Of a stretch of DNA of 38,051 bases, positions 17,021-26,233 are shown piece after piece (the stretch's first letter is position 1; each line of letters begins with the position of its first letter). Origin of the DNA: a virus (taxonomy: Duplodnaviria; Caudoviricetes). Below the pieces are notes generated by a model. The model had not been told where the DNA came from, ran no database searches, and saw only the letters and a program-made list of their open reading frames with translations. The DNA lies in the IMG/VR virus record IMGVR_UViG_3300016659_000052, positions 1-38,051 of that record; one strand, given 5' to 3'. The position numbers and the translations under genes were made by a program.

Positions 17021-17057
17021 AAGCCCCGGCGCCGAAAGGTTCCGGGGCTTTTTTCTT
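17021..17057 (+). terminator. Rho-independent terminator
   Basis: AAGCCCCGG...CCGGGGCTT followed by TTTTCTT. Confidence 0.85.
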
Positions 17058-17245
17058 GCCCGCGCCGAAGTGTTGACGCCGCGTTGCTGGCCCGCGATCA
17101 GTTTAACGACTTCGTTGATCTGCGCACGCCATGCGCATCGCGGTCCGGCGCCCGCAAAGCCTTGGCGGATGCGCATCGATGCGGAGGGCCGGGCAGGCCG
17201 CGTGCGGCGCTCTCCGCGTGAACGAAGGTTGCCGGGCGGCCCCAA

Positions 17246-17280
17246 TCCGCGCGGGCGCGCGCCGGGGCGAAGGTCGCCCC
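17246..17280 (+). promoter_or_regulatory. Putative late promoter 2 (leaderless)
   Basis: TCCGC-N18-GAAGGT-N6-ATG. Confidence 0.65.
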
Positions 17281-17871
17281 ATGAGCGACGCCACCCTCTA
17301 TCTCGACCGCTGGGCCGACTTCGAGCTGAAGGCCGAAGGCGAGGACCTCGGCGTCATCGAAGGCTACGCCTCCCGCTGGGGCGAGAAGGACCGCGGGTCC
17401 GACATCGTGCTCAAGGGCGCGTTCGCCAAGTCGATCCGCGGGCGCAAGACCAGCCGCATCCCGATGCTGTACGGGCACCTGCAGCAGGCGCTCCCGATCG
17501 GCGTCTGGACGGACCTGCGCGAGGACGACACGGGCCTCAAGGTCAAGGGTCGCCTCGATATCCAGAGCGAGCAGGGCGGGCAGATGTTCCGCGTGCTGAA
17601 GGCCGGCGCCGAGATGGGCATTTCCATCGGCTACCGGACGAGCGTCTGGGAGTTCGACGAGAAGGCGGGCGTCCGCGTCCTGAAGGAGGTGGACCTCTTC
17701 GAGATCAGCCTCGTCCCGATCCCGATGCTGGAAAGCGCGCGGGTCACGAGCGTGAAGAGCGACGCGCCGGACTTGGTGGCCGCCGCCGTTATCCGCGCCC
17801 TGCAGGACCACACGCACACTCTCGCCATCGCATCCGCCATCGACGACGCCGCCGCGCGCGTCAGGACCTGA
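17281..17871 (+). CDS. HK97-type prohead protease (S78)
   Basis: IEGYAS, DIVLKGAF, MLYGH, PIGVW, ED..GL.V.GRL, SIGY, L.EVDLFEISLV. Confidence 0.95.
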   Translation: MSDATLYLDRWADFELKAEGEDLGVIEGYASRWGEKDRGSDIVLKGAFAKSIRGRKTSRIPMLYGHLQQALPIGVWTDLREDDTGLKVKGRLDIQSEQGGQMFRVLKAGAEMGISIGYRTSVWEFDEKAGVRVLKEVDLFEISLVPIPMLESARVTSVKSDAPDLVAAAVIRALQDHTHTLAIASAIDDAAARVRT

Positions 17872-17882
17872 AGGAGACCATC

Positions 17883-19274
17883 ATGGGGTATCAAGACGCG
17901 CGCCAGCATGTCCGGCTGGAAACGAAGGACGCCAACGGCGCCCTGCCGCTGGAGGTCAAGAAGGCCATTGACGGCTTCATGGAGGCGGTGAACGCCCACA
18001 ACGCCAAGAACGACCAGCTCCTCGGGCAAATCCGCCAGGACGCGGTGACCAAGGCGGAACTCAAGAAGATCGACGACGCGATGCTCGAACTGAAGCAAAG
18101 CGTGACCGATGCGTTCTCCGAGGTCGCCGCCCTGAAGCGCGCGGCCCGTTCGTCGAATTCGGGCGACACCTCCGACATCGAGGCCAAGCTCGCCCGCCTG
18201 CGCGGCATGGAGCAGAAGGCGTTCGACGCCTTCATCCGCAAGCCGAACAACAGCGGCGTGTCCGACCTGATCGCGGTCCAGCAGAAGGCGGCGTCGGACG
18301 AGTTCAAGGATGTCCTTGAGCACTACCGCAACGAACTGTCCCTCGACGTGAAGGACCTCTCCACCGTGGTCGCCGAGGACGGCGGCTACCTCGTGCTCCC
18401 GGAGTACGAAAGCGAAATGGACGAGATCCTGCTCGAAACCTCGCCGATGCGGCAGGTGGCGAACATCCGCCAGATCGGCGCGCGTGAACTGATCCTGCCG
18501 GTGAACCGCAAGGGCACGACCGTGGCGTGGATCGGCGAGACCGGCACCCGCGCGGCGACGCAGACGCCCGACATCAGCCAGGAGAAGTTCACGGCGCAGG
18601 AAATCTACGCCTACCCGCTGGCGACGCTCGCCATGCTGGAGGACGCCAACTTCGACGTGGAAGGCTTCCTGCAGGACGAGGTGACCGAGGCGTTCGCCAT
18701 CGAAGAGAGCACCCGCTTCGTGCTCGGCGACGGCAACGGCAAGCCGCTTGGCTTCCTGCACTCGTCCATCACCAAGACGGCCTCGACCTCCTACGCCGCG
18801 AACGCCAACTGGGGCCAGATCGCCTATCTCCCCACGGGCGCGTCGGGCGCGTTCGCCTCGGCCCCGAACGGCGCGGACGTGCTCATCGACACGGTCTACG
18901 ACATCAAGCCGGCGTTCCGGAACAACGGCGCATGGATGATGGCGCGCCGCACGCTCGCCGCCGTCCGCAAGCTGAAGGACTCCTACGGCGACTATCTGGT
19001 CCGCGACAGCATCACCGAAAGCGGCCTGATGCCGATGCTGCTGGGCTATCCGGTGGTCGAGGCCGAGGACATGCCGGCGATCGCGGCGAACTCGTTCTCC
19101 ATCGCCTTCGCCGACTGGAAAAAGGCCTACCAGATCGTGGACCGCATCGGCATCCAGGTGCGCCGCGATGAGATCACCCAGCCCGGCTACGTGAAGTACC
19201 ACTTCCGCAAGCGGGTCGGCGGCGGCGTCCGTCACTTCGACGCGATCAAGCTCATCCGGTTCGCCACGTCCTGA
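17883..19274 (+). CDS. Major capsid protein, HK97 fold, with N-terminal scaffolding (delta) domain
   Basis: AGGAG RBS; DGGYLV, SPMRQVA, F..GDGNGKPLGF, LLGYPVVEAEDMP, IAFADW, KRVGGGV. Confidence 0.95.
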   Translation: MGYQDARQHVRLETKDANGALPLEVKKAIDGFMEAVNAHNAKNDQLLGQIRQDAVTKAELKKIDDAMLELKQSVTDAFSEVAALKRAARSSNSGDTSDIEAKLARLRGMEQKAFDAFIRKPNNSGVSDLIAVQQKAASDEFKDVLEHYRNELSLDVKDLSTVVAEDGGYLVLPEYESEMDEILLETSPMRQVANIRQIGARELILPVNRKGTTVAWIGETGTRAATQTPDISQEKFTAQEIYAYPLATLAMLEDANFDVEGFLQDEVTEAFAIEESTRFVLGDGNGKPLGFLHSSITKTASTSYAANANWGQIAYLPTGASGAFASAPNGADVLIDTVYDIKPAFRNNGAWMMARRTLAAVRKLKDSYGDYLVRDSITESGLMPMLLGYPVVEAEDMPAIAANSFSIAFADWKKAYQIVDRIGIQVRRDEITQPGYVKYHFRKRVGGGVRHFDAIKLIRFATS

Positions 19275-19368
19275 GGCGACTGGAGCAGGGGAGCCCGAAA
19301 GGCCCGGCGCGCTGTGACAGGCGTGTCCGGGCCTGAGGGGTCAAGAGATACCGAAGGAGGCAGCCGCC

Positions 19369-19815
19369 ATGTACCAGTTTCCCGACCGCCACTCGGATGT
19401 GATCGCGGTTCTCGCGACGCTCGCCGCCGACAACACGCCCGCCGCGATTGATCTCTCCGGCTACGAGGCCGCGCAGATCATCGTCGGCGTCGGGATCGGC
19501 GGGATCACGTTTACCTCCACCGACAAGCTCGAAATCAAGCTCCGCAAGGGCGACGCCACGGTCGGCAACCACACGGCTGTCGCGGCCGGTGATGTGGTCA
19601 TGCCTTCGGGCTACTCGCTGACCTCGGGCGGCATCATCCGCTCGCTGACGGCGGCGCACGCCGCAGCCTCGATCATCACGGTCGACTATATCAACCAGGA
19701 CCCGGCGGCGACGCACGTCTCGATCCTCGCGGACTTCTCCGGCACCCACGGGACCGGCACGCCGCTCGCGATCTTCGTGCGCCGCCTGCGCCACCGCCTG
19801 AACCCGCCGGCATAA
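19369..19815 (+). CDS. Virion protein after MCP (possible capsid decoration)
   Basis: GGAGG RBS; beta-rich; position directly after the capsid gene. Confidence 0.55.
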   Translation: MYQFPDRHSDVIAVLATLAADNTPAAIDLSGYEAAQIIVGVGIGGITFTSTDKLEIKLRKGDATVGNHTAVAAGDVVMPSGYSLTSGGIIRSLTAAHAAASIITVDYINQDPAATHVSILADFSGTHGTGTPLAIFVRRLRHRLNPPA

Positions 19816-19843
19816 GCCCGGCCTGACAAGGACGACCTGACAC

Positions 19844-20113
19844 ATGCCGACGATCAAGATGCTGCGCACCGAACGCGGGGCCGACGACGGGTTCACCGTC
19901 GTGACCTATCTCGAAGGGCAGGAATACCCGGTGAGCGAGGACCTCGCCCGCGCGTTCGTGGACGACATGGGATGCGCCAAGCGCGTCGGGCTCGCGGGGG
20001 TCGCCGATGCGGTCTCCGACGCGCTCCAGACGGCGAGCGAAGCGGCGGCGGATGCGGCTGCCGCCGCAACCGGCAAGAAGCGCAAGAAGGCGGACGACGC
20101 GGAACAGGCTTAG
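19844..20113 (+). CDS. Hypothetical head-cluster protein
   Basis: AAGGA RBS; Y.EG.EY.V...LA..FV..G.A pattern. Confidence 0.65.
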   Translation: MPTIKMLRTERGADDGFTVVTYLEGQEYPVSEDLARAFVDDMGCAKRVGLAGVADAVSDALQTASEAAADAAAAATGKKRKKADDAEQA

Positions 20114-20137
20114 CGGCGAGGCCCTGGGCGAGCGGGG

Positions 20138-20171
20138 AAGGGGCGGGGCTTCGGCTCCGCCCTTTCTCTTT
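20138..20171 (+). terminator. Rho-independent terminator ending the capsid transcript
   Basis: AAGGGGCGGGGC-TTCG-GCTCCGCCCCTT followed by TCTCTTT. Confidence 0.85.
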
Positions 20172-20179
20172 GGGCCTTC

Positions 20180-20214
20180 TCCGCGCGGGCGGCGCACGCG
20201 CCTAGCCTGCGCCC
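20180..20214 (+). promoter_or_regulatory. Putative late promoter 3 (leaderless)
   Basis: TCCGC-N18-TAGCCT-N6-ATG, immediately after the terminator. Confidence 0.7.
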
Positions 20215-20820
20215 ATGCTCCGCTTCACGCAGACCGCAGCGCCCGCCGCCGAACCCGTCACGGTCGCCGACCTGCGCACCCATGCGCGCCTCGATGACAA
20301 CGGCGACGACGCCTACCTGGCGCGGCTGCTCAAGGCCGCCCGCGTCCGCGTCGAACAGGAAACGCGGCGTGCGCTCATCACTCAGACATGGACCGCGACC
20401 TTTGACCGGTGGGCCGATGTGCAGCCCGGCGATGCGGCGCGCGCGGACCCGTGGCCGTTCTTCACGCTTGTGTCCGCGCGCCGCTTCCGGCTCTCGCCCG
20501 CGCCGGTGGCGTCGGTGTCTTCGCTGGCGGTGGACGGCGTGACGATCGGCTCCGGCAATTACCGGCTCGACGGCGCCGACCTCATCGTCAAAGGCGACGT
20601 GACCGACAGCGTGAACGAGCTCGGCGGCGGCATCGTCGTGACCTTCACCGCAGGCTACGGCGCGACGGGCGCGAGCGTTCCCGACGCGCTGATCGAGGCG
20701 ATCCTGATGCTCGCCACCGACGCTTACGAGCGGCGCGGCGAGGCAGGGGAGGCGGTGACCCCGGCGCCCGAAGGCGCGTTCGCGCGGATCGCGGCGTTCC
20801 GGGTGATGCGGGAGCTGTGA
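20215..20820 (+). CDS. Head-tail adaptor (gp6-like)
   Basis: PAAEPVTVADLRTHAR, AAR..VE..T.RALITQTW, FTAGYG...VP..L..AIL. Confidence 0.9.
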   Translation: MLRFTQTAAPAAEPVTVADLRTHARLDDNGDDAYLARLLKAARVRVEQETRRALITQTWTATFDRWADVQPGDAARADPWPFFTLVSARRFRLSPAPVASVSSLAVDGVTIGSGNYRLDGADLIVKGDVTDSVNELGGGIVVTFTAGYGATGASVPDALIEAILMLATDAYERRGEAGEAVTPAPEGAFARIAAFRVMREL

Positions 20821-21149
20821 TGCCCTCGGCGTCCGACCTTCGCCAGCGCATCACGCTTCTCTCCACCGTGCGGGGCCGCGATGCGCTGGGCGGCGTGCTG
20901 GAGACGCCCGGCAATGCGGTGGACCTCTGGGCCAAGGTCGAGCCGGTGGGCGCCGACGAGCGCTTCGAACACGCGCGGCTGGCGGTCCGGCCCACGCACC
21001 GCATCACGATCCGATGGCGCGCGGGCGTCGCGCACCGGGACACCGTGACCTTCCGCGACCGTCCGTTCGACGTGCTCTCCGCACAGGACCCCGACGAACG
21101 CAGGCTCTGGCTCGTGCTGCTGGTGGCGGCGCGGGAGCCGGGAGCCTGA
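20820..21149 (+). CDS. Head closure protein (SPP1 gp16-like)
   Basis: LRQRITL, D..GG, WAKVEP, THRITIRWR, DPDERR.WL. Confidence 0.85.
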   Translation: MPSASDLRQRITLLSTVRGRDALGGVLETPGNAVDLWAKVEPVGADERFEHARLAVRPTHRITIRWRAGVAHRDTVTFRDRPFDVLSAQDPDERRLWLVLLVAAREPGA

Positions 21150-21583
21150 TGATCCGTGTCCGATCGAAAGTCCGGGGGCTTGGCGGCTTCCGTCGTCGCA
21201 TGGAGACGCAAGGCAAAGCGGTTAGCGCGAAGCTGGCGCTTGCGCTCGACGAGGCCGCACAGGCTGTCCAGGGTGAAGCGCAAAGGCTGATCGCCGACCC
21301 GCCCAAGTCGGGCCGCATCTACCAGAAATATGTCCCGCGTCGCGTCCATCAGGCGTCCGCGCCGGGGCAGGCGCCGGCCACCGACACCGGGGCGCTTATC
21401 GCCTCCATCGTCATCGACCGCACCGACGTGCCGCGCGGGCGCATCGTGATCGCGGCCACATCCGCCTACGCCAAGCACCTTGAATACGGCACCCGAAAAA
21501 TGGCGCCGCGCCCGTTCCTGCGCCGCGCGCTCAGGACCATGCGCCGCCGCATCGTCCAGCTTTTCGAGGCCGCGGCGCGATGA
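21149..21583 (+). CDS. HK97 gp10-like tail completion protein
   Basis: HQASAPGQAPATDTGALIASI, YAKHLEYGTRKMAPRPFLR. Confidence 0.85.
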   Translation: MIRVRSKVRGLGGFRRRMETQGKAVSAKLALALDEAAQAVQGEAQRLIADPPKSGRIYQKYVPRRVHQASAPGQAPATDTGALIASIVIDRTDVPRGRIVIAATSAYAKHLEYGTRKMAPRPFLRRALRTMRRRIVQLFEAAAR

Positions 21584-22005
21584 GCTTCTCCACCTCAATC
21601 CTGACCGGCGTGTTCACGGCGCTGAAGGCGTCCGCGCCGCTTGCCGCATTGCTGACCGCGCCGGGCCGGCCAGTGTCGAGCGCCCCGCCGATCTATCCGG
21701 TGCAAGCCCCGCCGGACTCGCCGCTGCCGCACGTCACGTTCAATGAGGCCGGCGCCGTCGCCTTCGACACCTCCGACAGCTTTGGCCGCGAGGTCACGCT
21801 CGACGTCCATGCGTGGTCGTCTGCGTCCTCGCCGCTTGAAGCCTACCAGATCCTCGCCGAGGTCGAGGCCGCGCTGCAGGACGCCAGCCTCGCCATGACG
21901 ACCGGCGATCTCGTCCTAATCCGCCTCGCCTCGGTGCGGTGCGATGTTGATGCGGACGGCACTTTCCACGGGGTCGCGACCTTCCGCGCCCTCATCAGCC
22001 AATAG
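21580..22005 (+). CDS. Tail terminator (DUF3168/gp17-like)
   Basis: P.VTF, G.EVTLDVHAWS, FHGVATFRA. Confidence 0.8.
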   Translation: MSFSTSILTGVFTALKASAPLAALLTAPGRPVSSAPPIYPVQAPPDSPLPHVTFNEAGAVAFDTSDSFGREVTLDVHAWSSASSPLEAYQILAEVEAALQDASLAMTTGDLVLIRLASVRCDVDADGTFHGVATFRALISQ

Positions 22006-22017
22006 AGAGGGCAACCC

Positions 22018-22431
22018 ATGGCCAAGTGGGCAGGCAAGCTCATCACGATCAGCATCGAGAGCGCGACGCCGGGGTCATACCTCGCGTTTGGCGGCCTCAC
22101 GCAGAAGTCGGTGCGCATGAACGGCGCGACGATCGACGTCACCGACAGCGACTCCACCGACCTCTGGCAGGAGATGCTGTCGGGCGGCGGCCTCAAGTCG
22201 ATGGAGATCAGCGGCTCCGGGCGGTTCAACGACGACGCCGCCATCGAGCGGGCGCGCTCGCTGTTCATGACCGGCACGCTGGAGACCTTCCGGTTCTTCA
22301 TTCCGTCGTGGGGCACGTTCGAGGGCGAGTTCGCCATCACGAGCCTCGAAATCTCCGGCGCGCACGACAGCGAGGTGACGTTCTCCGTCACCTTCATGTC
22401 GAGCGGCAAGCCGACCTGGACCGCGTCCTAA
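22018..22431 (+). CDS. Major tail tube protein (TP901-1/GTA-like)
   Basis: IDVTDSDS...WQEML.GGG.KS..ISGSG.F, F.IP..GTFEGEF.ITSLE..G.HD.E.TF. Confidence 0.9.
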   Translation: MAKWAGKLITISIESATPGSYLAFGGLTQKSVRMNGATIDVTDSDSTDLWQEMLSGGGLKSMEISGSGRFNDDAAIERARSLFMTGTLETFRFFIPSWGTFEGEFAITSLEISGAHDSEVTFSVTFMSSGKPTWTAS

Positions 22432-22445
22432 AGGAGCACTGACCC

Positions 22446-22805
22446 ATGGCCCTGTTGAGCACCCAGACCATCGTCGAGGCCGGCCTCGCGAATTCGCTCG
22501 CCTCTGCGGCGGCGGGCGGCGACACCTTCGTCAACCCGGAGGACCAGACCACGTTCTTCATGGTGACGAACGGCGGCGGCACCTCGATCAACGTCACGTT
22601 CACCAACCAGGTCGCGACCGTCTCGGTCCCCGGCGCCGGCAACGTCGCGCTGTCTGACCGCGTGGTCGCGGTAGGTGCGGGCGCGACGCGCATGATCGGA
22701 CCGTTCCCGCCGCGCTTCAACAATGCGAGCGGGCAGGTGGCGGTCGGCTATTCGGCGGTCGCGTCCGTGACGGTCGGCGCGTTCCGTCTCGCGCGGGTGG
22801 CGTAA
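22446..22805 (+). CDS. Beta-rich structural protein (possible tail decoration)
   Basis: AAGGAG RBS; GGDTF.N, V.NGGG.SI.VT, RMIGPFP. Confidence 0.6.
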   Translation: MALLSTQTIVEAGLANSLASAAAGGDTFVNPEDQTTFFMVTNGGGTSINVTFTNQVATVSVPGAGNVALSDRVVAVGAGATRMIGPFPPRFNNASGQVAVGYSAVASVTVGAFRLARVA

Positions 22806-23191
22806 TGGCCTATGGCGGCCTGACCCTGAGTCGTGGCGCGGACCGGCTTGACGGCTGGTTCCGCGACGACGGCGACGGGCGCGCGCATTTCGAGGGCGCG
22901 TTCGTGGTCGCAAAAGGCGACCGTCTCGCCGGCGCCGATGGCGACTGGATCGTCTGGCGCGTGAAGCAGCTCGATGTCGCGGGCGGGCAGACGCCCTATG
23001 CGTGGGCGGAGCTGAAGCGCGCGGACGGGGAGGCGAGGGCGCCGGAACCGGTCGCGGAGGACGCCGATCCCGAAGAGATCGCGTCGGAAGACGAGCCCGA
23101 GGCCGAAGCGCCCGAAGCCGAACCGGAGCCCGCGCCGGTCGCCGAACCGCGCAAGCCGCGAAAGAAGAAGGCCGACGATGACGCCGATTGA
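22805..23191 (+). CDS. Hypothetical protein with acidic/Pro-rich tail
   Basis: TAATG-coupled ORF. Confidence 0.6.
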   Translation: MAYGGLTLSRGADRLDGWFRDDGDGRAHFEGAFVVAKGDRLAGADGDWIVWRVKQLDVAGGQTPYAWAELKRADGEARAPEPVAEDADPEEIASEDEPEAEAPEAEPEPAPVAEPRKPRKKKADDDAD

Positions 23192-23564
23192 GCAGCGCGG
23201 CGAAGTCGCCGTCGAGTTTCTGGGCCGCAAGGTCGTGCTGTGCCTCTCCGTGGGCGCGCTCGCGCGGCTCGCCACGGCGCTCAATGAACACGACCCGGTG
23301 CTGCTGTTCGCCCGACTCCTCGGCCCCACGGGGCGCGGGCCGAGCTTCGCCGATGTCGGGCCGATCCTTGAGGCCATGTCGAACGGCGCCATCGACGCCA
23401 GCGAGATCGAACGCCTCATGCCCGCCGACATGACCGACGTGCTGATCGGCGTCGCCCAAGCTGTCGCGCTTGCGTTCCCGGAAGAGCAAAAAAAAAGCGC
23501 TCGGCCGGAAACGGAGCAGGAGAGGCTGGCGCGCGAATTCCTTTCGACTCCTGGTGCGGCGTAG
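23178..23564 (+). CDS. Tail assembly chaperone (gpG-like)
   Basis: QRGEVAVEF.G...VLCLSVGALARL; located before the tape measure gene. Confidence 0.8.
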   Translation: MTPIEQRGEVAVEFLGRKVVLCLSVGALARLATALNEHDPVLLFARLLGPTGRGPSFADVGPILEAMSNGAIDASEIERLMPADMTDVLIGVAQAVALAFPEEQKKSARPETEQERLAREFLSTPGAA

Positions 23565-23749
23565 CGGTCGGCCTGATCCACATTCCAGAGCGCGAGTTCT
23601 GGGCCATGCCGATGCGCTCATGGCTCAACGCGCTCGACGGCTGGCAGGCGCAGTTCGGCGATAGCGCGCCGGAAGCGCCAAGCCGGGAGGAGGTCGAAGC
23701 CGCGTTCGACGATCCCGAAATGCGCGCGCGCCTCGGCATCATGCACTGA
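23178..23749 (+). CDS. Tail assembly chaperone gpGT made by -1 frameshift at the A9 run (23488-23496)
   Basis: CAA AAA AAA AGC; the -1 frame is open to TGA 23749 and encodes ...EREFWAMPMRSWLNALDG..., typical of gpT. Confidence 0.8.
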
Positions 23750-23762
23750 TCCAACAGGCCAG

Positions 23763-23797
23763 TCCGCACCGCGCGCCGGTGCGGCGAGGATGACCCC
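23763..23797 (+). promoter_or_regulatory. Putative late promoter 4 (leaderless)
   Basis: TCCGC-N18-GAGGAT-N6-ATG. Confidence 0.65.
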
Positions 23798-26233
23798 ATG
23801 CAGGCAGCGGACGGGATTTTCGTCGAAGTCGGCGTGGACGAGGCCGCCTATGCGGCGTCGCTGCGGCGCATGGTGGCGTCCACCAATGCGGCGGCGGCGC
23901 GCATCGAAGCCGCGTTCGGGCGCATCGGCAAAGGCGACACGGGCGGCGGTTTCGCCACCGGCCTCGAACGCTCCGGCGAACGCATCCAGGCGGCGGGCTT
24001 CGGCTGGGGCTCGGGCCTGAAGGGCATCGCCACGCAGATGGCCGGCTTCGCGCTCGTCATGGGCGCGGCGGGCGCGGGCGGGCAGGCGCTGAAGTCCATG
24101 GCGGACTTCGAGCAGTCGATCAACGTCATGGCCGCCGCCGCCGGCAAGACCGCCGAGGAGATCAAGCCGCTTCGCCAGCAGGCGCTGCAGTTGGGCCAGG
24201 ACACCGCGCTCGCGGCCACCGACATCGCGTCGGCGCAGCTTGCACTGACCAAGCTCGGCCTGACCCTCGACGAGGTGAAGTCGATCACGCCGGCCGTCGT
24301 GAACCTGGCCGTCATTGAAGGTCTTGATCCGCAGAGGGCGGCGGAAATCGTCGGCGCGATCCAGATGCAGTTCCGGCGCGGGGCGGGGGAGGCGACTGAA
24401 ACGGTCGACATCCTCGCGCAGGCGTCGCGCATCTCAGCGGCCAACGTTTCCGACCTCGGCGGCGCGATGAAGTATGCGGGCGTGACCGCGCAACAGGCCG
24501 GGCAGTCTATCGAGACCACGGCGGCGGCGCTGGTGGGGCTCTCAAAGGGCGGCCTTGACGGCTTCACGGCCGGCACTTCGCTCCGTCAGATGTTCTCCGA
24601 CCTTATCGCGCCGTCAATAATGGCGCGCGCGGAGATGGCGCGATACGGCATCAGCGTGCGCGACGCCTCCGGGCGCGTGAAGGACCTCTTCGACATCGTC
24701 GAGGAGTTCCGCGCCAAGGGCGTGTCGAACGAAAGCATCTTCCGCATCTTCGACGCCAACAGCGGCACCGGGATGCAGGTTCTTCTGCAGCAGGGCGCGG
24801 GCGCGCTGCGCGACTTCCGCAAGGAGATGGAGAAGGCCGATGGCGTGGCCAAGACGATGGGCGACGCCACGATGTCCGGGCTTGCCGGGGCGACGGAGCA
24901 GGCCAAGGGCGCATGGGAAACCATGGCCATCACCATCGGCGACGCCGGCGCGCTCGATGCGGCCACAAACGCCACCAACCAGCTCGCTTACACCCTCAAG
25001 GAGATGACCGGCATCATCGCCGATCTCACCAAGGGGTGGCGGGACCTCAACCAGCAGCAGCGCGACGCGCTGGCGTTTGCGGCGCAGATGGGGACGGGTC
25101 TGCCGCCTGAAGTGCAGCGCGAGATGGCGCGGCGCGCGGCGCAGGCGGGCGCGGATCGCGGCGGCGACCTTGGTTATGCGGGCGGGCTGTTCTTCAGGCC
25201 GCAGCGGGCGGGGGGCGGCGCCGATCCCAACGCGCCGCCCGCCAAGCCGCCGCCCCAGCCGATCATCCTGCCTCCCGCAGACCAGCGGGCGCGCGAGATC
25301 GCCCAGCTTAAGGAACAGGTGGCCGCCAGTCGCGAAGGACAGGCGGTGCTGGAGCGTGTGCGCGCGATCCAGGCCGAACAGAACGCGGCGCTCTCTGAAG
25401 GGCTCTGGCTCACAAAGGCCGAGGCCGAAGCTCGCGTTGCAGCGCGCGACGCGCTTCAAACGGAACTGACCATCTCGCAAAGCAGGCTGGATCGCGAACG
25501 CGCGATGAGCGAGGCGCGCGCCGCAGCAAACCGGCAACAGACCGCCTTCGGTCTGAGCCTTGAGCGGAACGCGCGCGAACAGGAGGCTCTGACCGTCGCC
25601 GCGCAGCACGGAACCGAGGCTTACGAGCGCGCGCAGATCGCCCTCGATCTGATGCGGCAGAACCCCTTCATGAACGCGGCCGACGCGCTCGATAAGGCGG
25701 AAGAGATCCGCAAGAAGCTGGAGCTGTTCGACCGCGCCAAAGCGCGCATGAACGAGTTGAACGACGCCGGACGCCAGATGGGCGACGCGGTCGCGGGCGC
25801 GTTCGAGCGCATGATCCTGGGGGGCGGCAAGTTCTCCGACGTGCTGAAGGCGCTGGCCCGCGACATCCTCGCCATCGCGGTGCGCACCGCCGTGACGAAC
25901 CCGCTCGGCGAAGCGCTCGGGACCGTGCTCGGCGGCCTGTTTTCCAAGGCCCCCGGCAAGGCCGTCGGCGGCCCGGTCGCCGCAGGCGGCGCCTACCGTG
26001 TCGGCGAACGCGGCCCGGAACTGTTCGTGCCGAACCTGCCCGGCAAGATCATCCCGTCCGGCTCCGCGTTCGGCGGGGGAGGGATGACGCTGATCGACAA
26101 CCGCCGCATCGATGCGTCCGGCGCCGATCCGGCCGCCATCGCGCGCCTTGAACGCATCCTCGCCGCCGATCAGGCCACCCGCCGGCAGCAGTTCATGGCG
26201 CTCATGAACGACTATCGCTCGCGGAGGGCCTGA
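23798..26233 (+). CDS. Tape measure protein (TP901-type core)
   Basis: 811 aa, Ala-rich helical; ADFEQS, L.GAMKYAG, AGTSLR, GGPV..G..Y.VGERGPELFVP. Confidence 0.92.
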   Translation: MQAADGIFVEVGVDEAAYAASLRRMVASTNAAAARIEAAFGRIGKGDTGGGFATGLERSGERIQAAGFGWGSGLKGIATQMAGFALVMGAAGAGGQALKSMADFEQSINVMAAAAGKTAEEIKPLRQQALQLGQDTALAATDIASAQLALTKLGLTLDEVKSITPAVVNLAVIEGLDPQRAAEIVGAIQMQFRRGAGEATETVDILAQASRISAANVSDLGGAMKYAGVTAQQAGQSIETTAAALVGLSKGGLDGFTAGTSLRQMFSDLIAPSIMARAEMARYGISVRDASGRVKDLFDIVEEFRAKGVSNESIFRIFDANSGTGMQVLLQQGAGALRDFRKEMEKADGVAKTMGDATMSGLAGATEQAKGAWETMAITIGDAGALDAATNATNQLAYTLKEMTGIIADLTKGWRDLNQQQRDALAFAAQMGTGLPPEVQREMARRAAQAGADRGGDLGYAGGLFFRPQRAGGGADPNAPPAKPPPQPIILPPADQRAREIAQLKEQVAASREGQAVLERVRAIQAEQNAALSEGLWLTKAEAEARVAARDALQTELTISQSRLDRERAMSEARAAANRQQTAFGLSLERNAREQEALTVAAQHGTEAYERAQIALDLMRQNPFMNAADALDKAEEIRKKLELFDRAKARMNELNDAGRQMGDAVAGAFERMILGGGKFSDVLKALARDILAIAVRTAVTNPLGEALGTVLGGLFSKAPGKAVGGPVAAGGAYRVGERGPELFVPNLPGKIIPSGSAFGGGGMTLIDNRRIDASGADPAAIARLERILAADQATRRQQFMALMNDYRSRRA

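Noticed and set aside
17179-17194. 16-bp identity ATGCGGAGGGCCGGGC with 33939-33954
   Set aside because: GC-rich, one copy lies inside a coding region, and there is no flanking similarity; plausible by chance
17070-17882. 734-aa version of the capsid ORF suggesting a protease-capsid fusion
   Set aside because: The upstream part is an off-frame read of the protease gene; the capsid has its own AGGAG RBS and ATG at 17883
19290-19360. Hammerhead ribozyme or riboswitch (CTGAGG, CCGAA motifs)
   Set aside because: The core CUGANGA/GAAA order and stems do not fit; kept only as an unassigned structure
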